A stretch of 64,000 bases of DNA from an uncultured Eubacteriales bacterium (GTDB lineage: Bacteria > Bacillota > Clostridia > Christensenellales > Aristaeellaceae): the NCBI GenBank assembly GCA_902797445.1, contig CADBTC010000177.1, forward strand, positions 5,684 through 69,683. Reading direction: 5' to 3'. The notes beneath the pieces are model-generated. The model was not told where the DNA came from. It ran no database searches and was given only the letters and a program-made list of their open reading frames with translations. The position numbers were made by a program, and so were the translations under genes. Below, one piece after another: positions 39,441 to 47,882 of this stretch. Within the stretch, counting starts at the first letter, position 1, and every line of letters begins with the position of its first letter.

Positions 39441-39572
39441 CTTCGATCTTCCTCCCCGTCCTTACTGTCATTTCCGAACCCTTGCTTCCCGCTTTCCGGA
39501 AAACGGAGGATTCATTCGACCCTATGGCACATCACACCGAAAGCACAAACAGAACTTCCGGAGCTTTCCGCA

Positions 39573-40049
39573 TCAGGCCATCTTTTCCTTAAGGAGCATC
39601 AGGGCATTCTGATGCCGCAGCTTCACAGCCCCATAACTCAGATCCATCATTTTCGCAATCTCTGTCAGGGGCTTCCCGTCGTAATACCGAAGAACGATAA
39701 TGTCCCGCAGCTGCTCCGGCAGCCTTTTCAGCGCGGCCGCCAGCTCGCTGAGGGTCTCGTTCTCCAGCAGCCCGTCCTCCAGCTCCCCTTCTTCGGCGAT
39801 GTTCTCATCCAGCTCTGCCGAAGGCCGGGATCTGCGGTAGTGGTCGATCAGCGTGTTGCGCGTAATGGAAAATATCCACGTCCCAAGCGCCGCCTTGCTC
39901 TCATCGTACCCTTCGGCCTTCCGGAGAATTTTTTCAAACACCTCGGAACAGAGATCCTCCGCTTCCGCCCGATTATTGATCCTGGCCCGAAGGTAGCCCA
40001 TTACCTTCCCCTGGTACTCCGAGTAAACCTGTGCCATGTCGATGCTCAT
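39573..40049 (-). CDS. ECF-type RNA polymerase sigma factor
   Basis: Region 2 (AEDLCSEVF, TWIFSITRN..IDHYRR) and region 4 (LP...R.II.LRYY.G....EIA); 158 aa. Confidence 0.92.
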   Translation of the reverse strand: MSIDMAQVYSEYQGKVMGYLRARINNRAEAEDLCSEVFEKILRKAEGYDESKAALGTWIFSITRNTLIDHYRRSRPSAELDENIAEEGELEDGLLENETLSELAAALKRLPEQLRDIIVLRYYDGKPLTEIAKMMDLSYGAVKLRHQNALMLLKEKMA

Positions 40050-40236
40050 CGTTTTTACGCTCCTGCCCGGGAGTACCCGCCGCCGCGACCATATCGGCTT
40101 CGTCCATGGTCAGCATCCGTATATTGCGCCCTCTGCGGGCGCCATAGCGGGCATGGACCTCATCGATGACCTGCTGCAGCTGCGGGTTCCTCTCGAATTT
40201 CTGATAATCAAACAGAGCTTCCAGCTTCTTTTCCAT
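39973..40236 (-). CDS. small hypothetical protein (87 aa) upstream of and overlapping the ECF sigma
   Basis: AAAGGA RBS; MEKKLEALFDYQKFERNPQLQQVIDEVHARY...LTMDEADMVAAAG. Confidence 0.7.
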   Translation of the reverse strand: MEKKLEALFDYQKFERNPQLQQVIDEVHARYGARRGRNIRMLTMDEADMVAAAGTPGQERKNDEHRHGTGLLGVPGEGNGLPSGQDQ

Positions 40237-40349
40237 CTTTCGTTCGTTCCTTTCAGCGCGTTTTTCATGCGTTTTCGTGCACTGCAGCTGCTTTTCTTTC
40301 TCGCTGCATCTGTTTATACGGATGAAATCCGCTGCCTGGCAGAAAATTT

Positions 40350-41423
40350 TCACGTTTGGATGGATAAAATTTCTTCCAGGGACCCGTCATCAGGAAAAAC
40401 CATCATGTCCCGAACCTGAAGGCGGACTTTCTCACCCGCCCGAAGCGTTCCGTAACGGTATCCCCCGGTGATGACCCGCACCAGGGTTTCCCCGATGCGG
40501 ATCCAGCAATCATTCACGTCTCCTAAATAATACCACGTTTCCAGCGTTCCTTCCAGTGGTCCGTCCGGAGAAATTACAAAATTTTCCGGTCGAACCGCCG
40601 CCTGCACCCTGCCTCTCCGCTCCCCGCCGTATGGCAGGCTCTGTCCCCCCATCCCGGGAAAGATGATTTTTCCGTTTGCAGCTTCGCCCGGGAAAAAATC
40701 CACCTTACCGAGGAAATCCGCTACGAATGGATTCAGCGGCCGGTTATAGATATCCGCCGGCGTCCCTTCCTGCTGAACAGCTCCCCGGTTGATCAGAAAG
40801 ATCCGGTCGCTCATGGCCATCGCTTCCGTCTGGTCATGCGTGACGTATACCACCGTGATCCCCGTGCGCTTCTGAATCTCCTTGATCTCGAAGCGCATGC
40901 TTTCCCGCAGCTTGGCGTCCAGGTTGCTCAGCGGTTCGTCCAGCAGCAGCAGCTTCGGCTCCGCCACCAGCGCCCGGGCCAGCGCCACCCGCTGCTGCTG
41001 TCCTCCGGAAAGCTGATTGGGCAGCCGCTGGGCATACTGGGTCAGGTGTACGCTTTCCAGCACCTTCTCCACCGCCTGGCGAATGGCTGCCTTTCCCTTC
41101 TTCTGTATTTCCAGGGGATAGGCCACGTTATCGAACACATTCATGTGGGGCCATACGGCATAGGACTGAAACACCATGCCGATGCCCCGTCTTTCCGGGG
41201 GCACAAAGGTTTTTCCGCCGGATACCAGCGTCTCATCAATCCAGATTTCCCCACTGCTGGGTTTTTCAAAGCCCGCGATCATCCGGAGCATCGTGGTTTT
41301 TCCGCATCCGGAAGGCCCCAGCAGCGTGATAAACTCCCCGTCCCCGAAGACAGCATCAAAATCCTGCAGCACCGTGTTTTCCCCGAAGGCCTTGCTCACG
41401 TGCCGGATGGTTACCGTTGCCAT
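40350..41423 (-). CDS. Fe3+/polyamine-type ABC transporter ATP-binding protein
   Basis: GPSGCGKT, LSGGQQQR, LLLDEP, VTHDQ, TOBE-like C-terminus. Confidence 0.93.
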   Translation of the reverse strand: MATVTIRHVSKAFGENTVLQDFDAVFGDGEFITLLGPSGCGKTTMLRMIAGFEKPSSGEIWIDETLVSGGKTFVPPERRGIGMVFQSYAVWPHMNVFDNVAYPLEIQKKGKAAIRQAVEKVLESVHLTQYAQRLPNQLSGGQQQRVALARALVAEPKLLLLDEPLSNLDAKLRESMRFEIKEIQKRTGITVVYVTHDQTEAMAMSDRIFLINRGAVQQEGTPADIYNRPLNPFVADFLGKVDFFPGEAANGKIIFPGMGGQSLPYGGERRGRVQAAVRPENFVISPDGPLEGTLETWYYLGDVNDCWIRIGETLVRVITGGYRYGTLRAGEKVRLQVRDMMVFPDDGSLEEILSIQT

Positions 41424-41456
41424 GGCTTGTTCTTTCCTTTCTTTACAGGGCCGCGG

Positions 41457-43916
41457 CTAAATGGAGAACTCTCCCCTTGTCAGCCGGTTCAGTCCGAAAT
41501 TCAGCAGGATCACAAACAACAGGATACCGAAAGCCATGGCGCAGCTCATGGGCTGGCTGGTGAAGGTCCAGTATTCATACAGCTGATATCCAATGGTCTT
41601 GGTGGTGCTGGAATACAGCAGCGTCGTCATGCTCAGCTCATAAAAGCTGGGAATGAAAATAAGAAACCACCCCGCAGCAATGGAAGGGAAAATCAGCGGC
41701 CCCGTAATTCTCGTCATGGTCCGGATCCAGCTGGCTCCGCTGATCTGGCTGCATTCTTCCAGGGAAATGTGAATCTGGCTCATGGCGGAAACCACCGTCC
41801 GCATTCCCATCATCAGATATTTGATCAGATACGCGATGATCAGGATCCAGGCAGTATTGTAAATATTTACGCCGAAGTCTCCACGCATGGTCATGATCAG
41901 TCCAAGGGCGATCACCACCGACGGCGTTCCGCTGCCCAGCGTGATCAGAAAATGCGGGATTCCCCTTCCCCGAATCTTTGTCCGCTGCAGAAGGTAACCC
42001 ATGACGCAGGAGATCACCAGGCCTGCCGTCGCGGCCACCGACGCAAAGATCAGGCTGTTTTTCAGACATCCCAGGGTTTCCCCCCGGGAGAAAATCGCCG
42101 TCCAGTTCCCCGTCGTAAAGTTCCCCTCCGCGCTCAGGCCCTTTCCGATGTCAATCTTGAAGCTGGTGGCCAGAATGGTCCCGAAGGGAAGCGCCACCAC
42201 GACCGCAGCAAAGAGGCCCACCAGTACCGTCAGCGGTACCCGCCATCCGCGAAGGTCCACAGTTGAGGGGCGGACGCTTTTCCCGCTGACCGTAATGTAC
42301 TGCTTCCTAGCCAGCACCACGTCGCTGAGAAACAGGATGACGAGCGCCACCGCCATCAGAAAGACCGCAAGCCCCGTGGCATCATTCATGCCCTGCTGCC
42401 CCAGGGATACATATTCCACAATCCGCGTGGTGACGGTATTCACATTCCCCGGCGTCCCGATAATGCTGGGAATACCGTAGCAGCTGGCCGCGCTGATGAA
42501 CACAAGCAGCGCCCCGGCAATAAGGCTGGGGGTCATCATGGGCAGCGTCACGGTCAGAATGGTCTTCACCGGCGACGCCCCTGAAATCCGGCTGGCCTCC
42601 TCCAGGGACGGATCCATCTTCTCCATCGCCCGGCTGATGGTAATAAACGCGTAGGGATAATAGAAGGTGGTCAGCACCCAGATCATCCCGGGCAGGGTAT
42701 AGACATTCAGCGGACCCGGCACGTCCGGTAAGTGAAAAAGGGTTCGCAGCCACAGATTGATCGTCCCCACGTTGGGGTTCATCAGCCGCAGCCAGGCCAT
42801 GGCGCCCACATAGGGGGGCACCATATAGGTCATCACAAACAGTGCCCGGAAAAACTTCCGGCCGTAAAGGTTTGTGCGCCCCACCAGCCAGGCCAGAGGA
42901 AAGGCAATGGCTGTGCCCAGAATCATGGTGGAGAATGAGGCGATCAGGGTATTCTTCAGCGCATCCAGGTTCAGAGGATAGGAAAAAAGCCGCTCCAGGG
43001 TACTCAGGCTGAACGTGTTTTCAGGAGAAAAAGCCCGAACCACCATGTATACCACGGGCACCACCTGGAAAACCAGCAGGAAATCCACGATTCCCAGGAT
43101 CATGACCCACTTGACATTCATTCTCCAGTTCTGGTCCGCCCGCATCAGCAGGAACAGCACCAGCACATCCAGCATCAGCAGGGCCCCCAGCAGGATCACC
43201 GTCCGGCTGTTCCCAATCACTGCCTGCCACACCCAGTTCAGTTTCCCCGCTGCGATCATCCGGAAGGCCCTCTCCTGCAGGTCCTTTCCCCGGACGCTCT
43301 TTTTCAGCTGGTTGATATGATCCGGATAGGAGGCGTTGGCAGCGGCAGCGCTCTCCACGACCTGCCGCAGAAGCATCTCCCGCCGCTGTGCTCCGTCCAG
43401 AGCGGACAGGCCCTCCGCGGTTTCCGCCGGCAGCGGCATCGTCTCATCGGAAAGGCACTTCAGCGCCTGCCTCCGGAAGGTCTTTCCATCGGAAGCATTC
43501 AGCCCGGTCAGGGCTTTCCGTTCTCCGCTGCTGAGCTTAGGGCCATTCATGGATTCGTAAACCGCCAGGTATCTCCAGACGGTCTCCGCCCCGAGCGTGT
43601 CCGCATCCTGCAGCCCTCCGGCGGCGAGCAGCTCCCGGGCCGCGCTTTCCGCTCCCCGGCTCGCACTCTCCGGCAAACTGTTCAAATCCTCCAGCAGAAT
43701 CCAGCCGATCTCCTCCGCGTCCCGGCTTAATGCATAGATCGCCTGATAGGCGGCCTCGGATCCGAATCCGCTCTCTGTCAGCTCCCGCTGGCCCTGCAGC
43801 CCTGCCGCCGCCAGCATCGCGCCGATCAGAAAGCACAGGAGCAGTCCCGCCCAGGTCCGGATGGCCGCCCGGATTTCTCCCCGGAGCGCCTGTCCCGGGC
43901 GATCCATTTCCTTCAT
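41457..43916 (-). CDS. FbpB-type iron ABC permease with about 270-aa N-terminal extension
   Basis: Two EAA loops (LEEASRISGA, LEECSQISGA), about 12 TM in the core. Confidence 0.88.
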   Translation of the reverse strand: MKEMDRPGQALRGEIRAAIRTWAGLLLCFLIGAMLAAAGLQGQRELTESGFGSEAAYQAIYALSRDAEEIGWILLEDLNSLPESASRGAESAARELLAAGGLQDADTLGAETVWRYLAVYESMNGPKLSSGERKALTGLNASDGKTFRRQALKCLSDETMPLPAETAEGLSALDGAQRREMLLRQVVESAAAANASYPDHINQLKKSVRGKDLQERAFRMIAAGKLNWVWQAVIGNSRTVILLGALLMLDVLVLFLLMRADQNWRMNVKWVMILGIVDFLLVFQVVPVVYMVVRAFSPENTFSLSTLERLFSYPLNLDALKNTLIASFSTMILGTAIAFPLAWLVGRTNLYGRKFFRALFVMTYMVPPYVGAMAWLRLMNPNVGTINLWLRTLFHLPDVPGPLNVYTLPGMIWVLTTFYYPYAFITISRAMEKMDPSLEEASRISGASPVKTILTVTLPMMTPSLIAGALLVFISAASCYGIPSIIGTPGNVNTVTTRIVEYVSLGQQGMNDATGLAVFLMAVALVILFLSDVVLARKQYITVSGKSVRPSTVDLRGWRVPLTVLVGLFAAVVVALPFGTILATSFKIDIGKGLSAEGNFTTGNWTAIFSRGETLGCLKNSLIFASVAATAGLVISCVMGYLLQRTKIRGRGIPHFLITLGSGTPSVVIALGLIMTMRGDFGVNIYNTAWILIIAYLIKYLMMGMRTVVSAMSQIHISLEECSQISGASWIRTMTRITGPLIFPSIAAGWFLIFIPSFYELSMTTLLYSSTTKTIGYQLYEYWTFTSQPMSCAMAFGILLFVILLNFGLNRLTRGEFSI

Positions 43917-43962
43917 CGTGCTGTGCTCCTTGTCTTCTATATTTTACAGATCCTCATTTTGG

Positions 43963-44012
43963 AAAAAGCGCGGTGCGCGGAGACCCATGGCGCCCCGCCC
44001 CCACCGTGCTGC
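43963..44012 (-). terminator. hairpin/terminator after the solute-binding protein gene
   Basis: GCACGGTG...CACCGCGC stem followed by T5 on - strand. Confidence 0.5.
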
Positions 44013-44017
44013 AAAGT

Positions 44018-45097
44018 TTACTGTGTGACTTTCACGGTCCACAGATTGCTGATGCTTTCCCGCTCCCGGTAAGCCTTCTCCCAGTCCACCCCCAGGTCCT
44101 TTTCGATCAGCCCGTCGGTGGGGACGCTCTTATAGGGCACCAGGTCGGTTCCCTTCAGGACGGAATGCATATATCCCTTCACGATCAGCTCCTGCCCCGC
44201 CGGGCTCAGCAGCCACCGGGCCACGGCTTCCGCCGCTTCGGTATTGACGTTCTTGGAATAAGCCTCGTCCACGATCATGACCGTGGAGGGAATCAGCACC
44301 ACCCCGTCCTCGGGATAGATGATCTCCAGGTTCGTGACCGTATTGCCCTTCGCCTCTTCGTCATGCAGATATTTCAGGATGCTCTCTTCCAGAATCATAA
44401 TTGCCGCGCACTCCCCGCTCTGCAGCTTGGCGATGGCCGTGGATCCGCTCTCCCGCATGACCTTGTTGGCCCCCAGGCTGTCCAGATAGGCTTCGCCGTA
44501 CTTGTCCAGCAGGGACACCGTCGCCGCGTAGGCCGTTCCGCTGGTCATGGGATCCCCCATGGAAATATAGCCCTTCAGCGCCGGATCCTCGGCGAAATCC
44601 TTGAACGTCCGGGGAATTCGAATGCCTTTGGCTTCCCAGTCAGCGGTTTTTTCCGGGTTATACGCCAGAACCATGTTGCATACCCGCACCGGATACCAGT
44701 ATCCTTCCTCGTCGTAGGGGAACCGCAGCAGCTCAGATGCGTTTTCCACCTCAAAGGCGTGCAGATAGCCGTATTCCTTCATTTCAAGAGAGAAAGAAGG
44801 CTCCGCCACCAGGAACATATCCGTTTCCAGGGCATTATTGCGCTGATCGCCCATTTCGCCGTAAATCTTGGTAATCAGCTTACCGCTGCCGCTCTGAAAA
44901 AAGAAGCTCCCGTTAATCCCGGGCGTCAGGTTCGGAAATTCCTCCCGCATGGCCGCGTCCATCATATCCACGATTTCCGGATACATGGAGGTATAAATCA
45001 CCAGTTCTCCCTCCACGTCGGGGTTGACCGCCAGCGCCGGCCCAAATGCAGCCAGCGCCAGAATCGCCGTCATGAGCACACAGATTGTTTTTTTCAT
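44018..45097 (-). CDS. FbpA-like ABC solute-binding protein
   Basis: LVIYTS, LAYN, DPMTSGTAY, YPEDG, WLLS..GQ; Sec signal ending ALA. Confidence 0.87.
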   Translation of the reverse strand: MKKTICVLMTAILALAAFGPALAVNPDVEGELVIYTSMYPEIVDMMDAAMREEFPNLTPGINGSFFFQSGSGKLITKIYGEMGDQRNNALETDMFLVAEPSFSLEMKEYGYLHAFEVENASELLRFPYDEEGYWYPVRVCNMVLAYNPEKTADWEAKGIRIPRTFKDFAEDPALKGYISMGDPMTSGTAYAATVSLLDKYGEAYLDSLGANKVMRESGSTAIAKLQSGECAAIMILEESILKYLHDEEAKGNTVTNLEIIYPEDGVVLIPSTVMIVDEAYSKNVNTEAAEAVARWLLSPAGQELIVKGYMHSVLKGTDLVPYKSVPTDGLIEKDLGVDWEKAYRERESISNLWTVKVTQ

Positions 45098-45214
45098 TGT
45101 TTTTGTTTCTCCTTTCCGTTCCCGTATCCTTTTTCTTTCCGGATTCCCGTCTCCGGCGGAACGCCCCTCCAGCTTTCAGCGCACGACCCCTGTCCGTGTC
45201 CGCGTCCGTTTCCG

Positions 45215-46150
45215 TCAGTCCTTCGCCCAGGGCGCTGTCAGCTCTTCGGCCGTCTTTGGATCCGGCTCCCGCCATTCCGGTGAATCCTCCACGGATTTCG
45301 GCGCTTCGAGCTCCGGCTTTTCAGCCGGCTCCCGCCATTCCAGAGATTCCGTCACTTCCGGCTCCGGCTTCTTATCCGGCACACCGGCATTTGCCTCCGG
45401 GCTTTCCGGCCCCGCACCCCCTGCGCTTTTCTCTGGGGTCGGCAGGTCTCCCTCCTCCAGTTCCTCGCTCTGGGGCCGCAGAATCATCCCCGCCGTATCC
45501 GTTACCGGCAGGGCGAACACCACAGCCCCCGCCCTGGTACCGGGGCCCGCCTCCCGAATGATTTTCTGCATCATGTCAGCCTTGTTTTCACTCGGAGTTA
45601 CGATGAGAAGCAGATCCTTCTCGCTGGCCAGGGAGATGCCCAGAAAGCGTTCCGCCTGATCCTGCCCCGTACCCCGGGCATGGATCACCGTGCCGCCCCG
45701 GGCGCCGGCCGCGCGGGCCGCGTCCATAATCTGCTCGTTATAGCCCTGATTGGCGATGACCACCAGCAGCTCCTGCTCCGTCCCCTTCAATTCTGTTTCC
45801 GCTCCCTTCTCGTATCCCTGCCCGTCCGTCAGCCACATCAATTCCCGTTTTCCTCCCATGGCGGACAGAGGGACCACGAAGGCCACGCCCACCCCGGGGG
45901 CTTCGATATGCAGCCGCACGGACATGCCCTTCTTGACCTCCCGCCATTTCCGGCCGGTGACCACGGTCATGCACACCATTTTTTCCGTATCGTCCAGGGC
46001 CAGCAGCCGCATATAGCGTGCCCCCGCTGTCCCATGACCGATGGACAGGACATGGGTTTCCAGACCTCTGTCCCGATACAGCTTCATGAAGTCCGGCATC
46101 CGTTTTCGCCCGGTCACCGTCAGCATGAGATACAGCTCCGATTGATTCAT
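45215..46150 (-). CDS. tandem P-II-like nitrogen-regulator family protein with acidic Pro-rich tail
   Basis: G.GTA...EK and GARGGTVIHARGTG...EKD motifs; downstream of DUF1538. Confidence 0.82.
   Translation of the reverse strand: MNQSELYLMLTVTGRKRMPDFMKLYRDRGLETHVLSIGHGTAGARYMRLLALDDTEKMVCMTVVTGRKWREVKKGMSVRLHIEAPGVGVAFVVPLSAMGGKRELMWLTDGQGYEKGAETELKGTEQELLVVIANQGYNEQIMDAARAAGARGGTVIHARGTGQDQAERFLGISLASEKDLLLIVTPSENKADMMQKIIREAGPGTRAGAVVFALPVTDTAGMILRPQSEELEEGDLPTPEKSAGGAGPESPEANAGVPDKKPEPEVTESLEWREPAEKPELEAPKSVEDSPEWREPDPKTAEELTAPWAKD
45262..45341 (-). repeat. 17-bp direct repeat with 63-bp period in the coding tail (EWREP x2)
   Basis: ccggctcccgccattcc at 45262 and 45325. Confidence 0.8.
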
Positions 46151-46265
46151 CTTTCTCCTTCTCCCGTCTCCCGCCATGGGGGTCCGCCCGTCTGCCGCCG
46201 CTTTGTCTTTTATCCGGGATGGTTCACCGGCTTCAGACAGCCACCGGCGCCGGTCATGCGGCCTT

Positions 46266-47789
46266 TTACAGTTCGATCACCGCGTCGTTGGGCAGATCCC
46301 TGAACGGATCCGCGGCCGCGGGTGCCATCTTCCGCCGCCGGGTCCTGATCCGATAAAGAATTCCGAGCCCCTGAATGGTGATCAGCGGCGTCATCGCAAC
46401 CAGCGCCACCACGCCGAAGGCATCCGTCGCCAGATCGCCCCCCAGCGCAGTACACAGTCCCATGGTCATGGGCAGCAGGAACGCCGCCGTCATCGGCCCG
46501 GAGGCCACCCCGCCGGAGTCAAAGGCAATCGCCATAAACATTCTGGGGCAAAGAAAGCTCATCCCCAGGGCCAGCACATACCCCGGAATCAGGATCCACA
46601 GCACGCTGATCCCCAGCAGCACCCGGAGCATGGAAAGCCCCACGGAGATGCCCACGCCCACGCACATGCTCAGCTGCAGGCTCCGCCCTGTGATGGCGCC
46701 GGCCGTCAGCTCTTCGACCTGTCTCATCAGGACGTATACCGCCGGCTCCGCCTTGACCACCAGATAGCCGATCAGGGCACCGATGGGAATCAGGATCCAC
46801 CGGTAGTGCAGAGCGCCCAGGGTCTGCCCCAGATAGGCGCCCGCCGGCATAAATCCGTAATTGGCCCCGGTCATGAAAACCGTCAGCCCGATGTATGTAT
46901 AGACCAGCCCCAGCCCGATGCGGCTGAGCGTCTGCCTGTTCAGTTTGAGCATGATCAGGTTGAATATGAAAAAGAAGACCGTGATGGGCAGGATGGAAAT
47001 CAGCATTTCCCGCAGATAATCCGGAAAACCGCCGGCAAACAGGGTGCGCAGTTCCACGGAATCCGCCACATTCGGTACGCTCAGCGGGGTGTAATCCGCC
47101 CCCTCCGCCCGAAAAATAAGGCTCAGGAGAATGACCGCCAGAATCGGCCCGATGGAGCACAGCGCCACCAGTCCGAAGGAATCCTCCGCCGCGCTGGAGT
47201 CGCTGCGGATGGCGGCGATACCCATGCCGAAAGCCATGATAAAGGGAACGGTCATGGGCCCGGTGGTTACCCCGCCAGCGTCAAACGCCACCGCCCGGAA
47301 TTTTTCCGGCGCAAGAAAGACCAGCCCGATCAGCAGCGTATAGAAACCGAACAGCAAAAGCCGCAGATCAATCCGGAAAAAGATGCGCACCAGGGCCAGC
47401 ACCAGAAAGCCGCCGACCCCTACTCCCACCGTCAGAATCAGCACCAGGTTCGGAACCGCCTGTACCTGCTGGGCCAGCACCTGCAGATCCGGCTCCGAGA
47501 CCGTAATCAGCACCCCCAGCACAAACCCCAGAATCAGAATCAGCTTCAGGTTCTTCGTCTGCACGACCCGGGCGCCAACCAGCTCGCCCATCGGGGTCAT
47601 GGCCACCTCGGCTCCTACGGAGAAAAACATCATGCCCCCGACCAGCATCAGCGCGCCCAGCAGAAAGCTCAGCATGACCCCGCTTGGGATCGGCGCCACC
47701 GTCAGACTCAGAATCAGCATCAGCACCACGATGGGCAGCACCGCGGCCAGCGCCTCCTGAAGCTTTTCCAGCAATTTATTCTTCAGCAT
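46266..47789 (-). CDS. DUF1538 tandem-domain membrane protein
   Basis: EPDL/AEPAV and AFDAGGVTTGPMT/AFDSGGVASGPMT duplicated motifs. Confidence 0.88.
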   Translation of the reverse strand: MLKNKLLEKLQEALAAVLPIVVLMLILSLTVAPIPSGVMLSFLLGALMLVGGMMFFSVGAEVAMTPMGELVGARVVQTKNLKLILILGFVLGVLITVSEPDLQVLAQQVQAVPNLVLILTVGVGVGGFLVLALVRIFFRIDLRLLLFGFYTLLIGLVFLAPEKFRAVAFDAGGVTTGPMTVPFIMAFGMGIAAIRSDSSAAEDSFGLVALCSIGPILAVILLSLIFRAEGADYTPLSVPNVADSVELRTLFAGGFPDYLREMLISILPITVFFFIFNLIMLKLNRQTLSRIGLGLVYTYIGLTVFMTGANYGFMPAGAYLGQTLGALHYRWILIPIGALIGYLVVKAEPAVYVLMRQVEELTAGAITGRSLQLSMCVGVGISVGLSMLRVLLGISVLWILIPGYVLALGMSFLCPRMFMAIAFDSGGVASGPMTAAFLLPMTMGLCTALGGDLATDAFGVVALVAMTPLITIQGLGILYRIRTRRRKMAPAAADPFRDLPNDAVIEL

Positions 47790-47838
47790 CTCGTGTTCCG
47801 TACCTTCTTCCGGCGTTTCTGCAGTTATGATAGGGTTT

Positions 47839-47867
47839 ATTATACCGGTTTTGAGAGCAGAATGCAA
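47839..47867 (-). promoter_or_regulatory. sigma-A promoter for DUF1538 operon
   Basis: TTGCAT-17bp-TATAAT. Confidence 0.7.
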
Positions 47868-47882
47868 CCTGCAGGAAAAAAC

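Noticed and set aside
37926-40169. 747-aa + strand ORF
   Set aside because: Antisense to the Ig-repeat and sigma genes, with His/Gly/Arg-rich shadow composition.
39973-40236. Complete bacteriocin/RiPP cluster
   Set aside because: No modifying enzyme or C39 peptidase is in the window, the ABC exporters at 47.9-51.4 kb lack a peptidase domain, and the putative core has no Cys.
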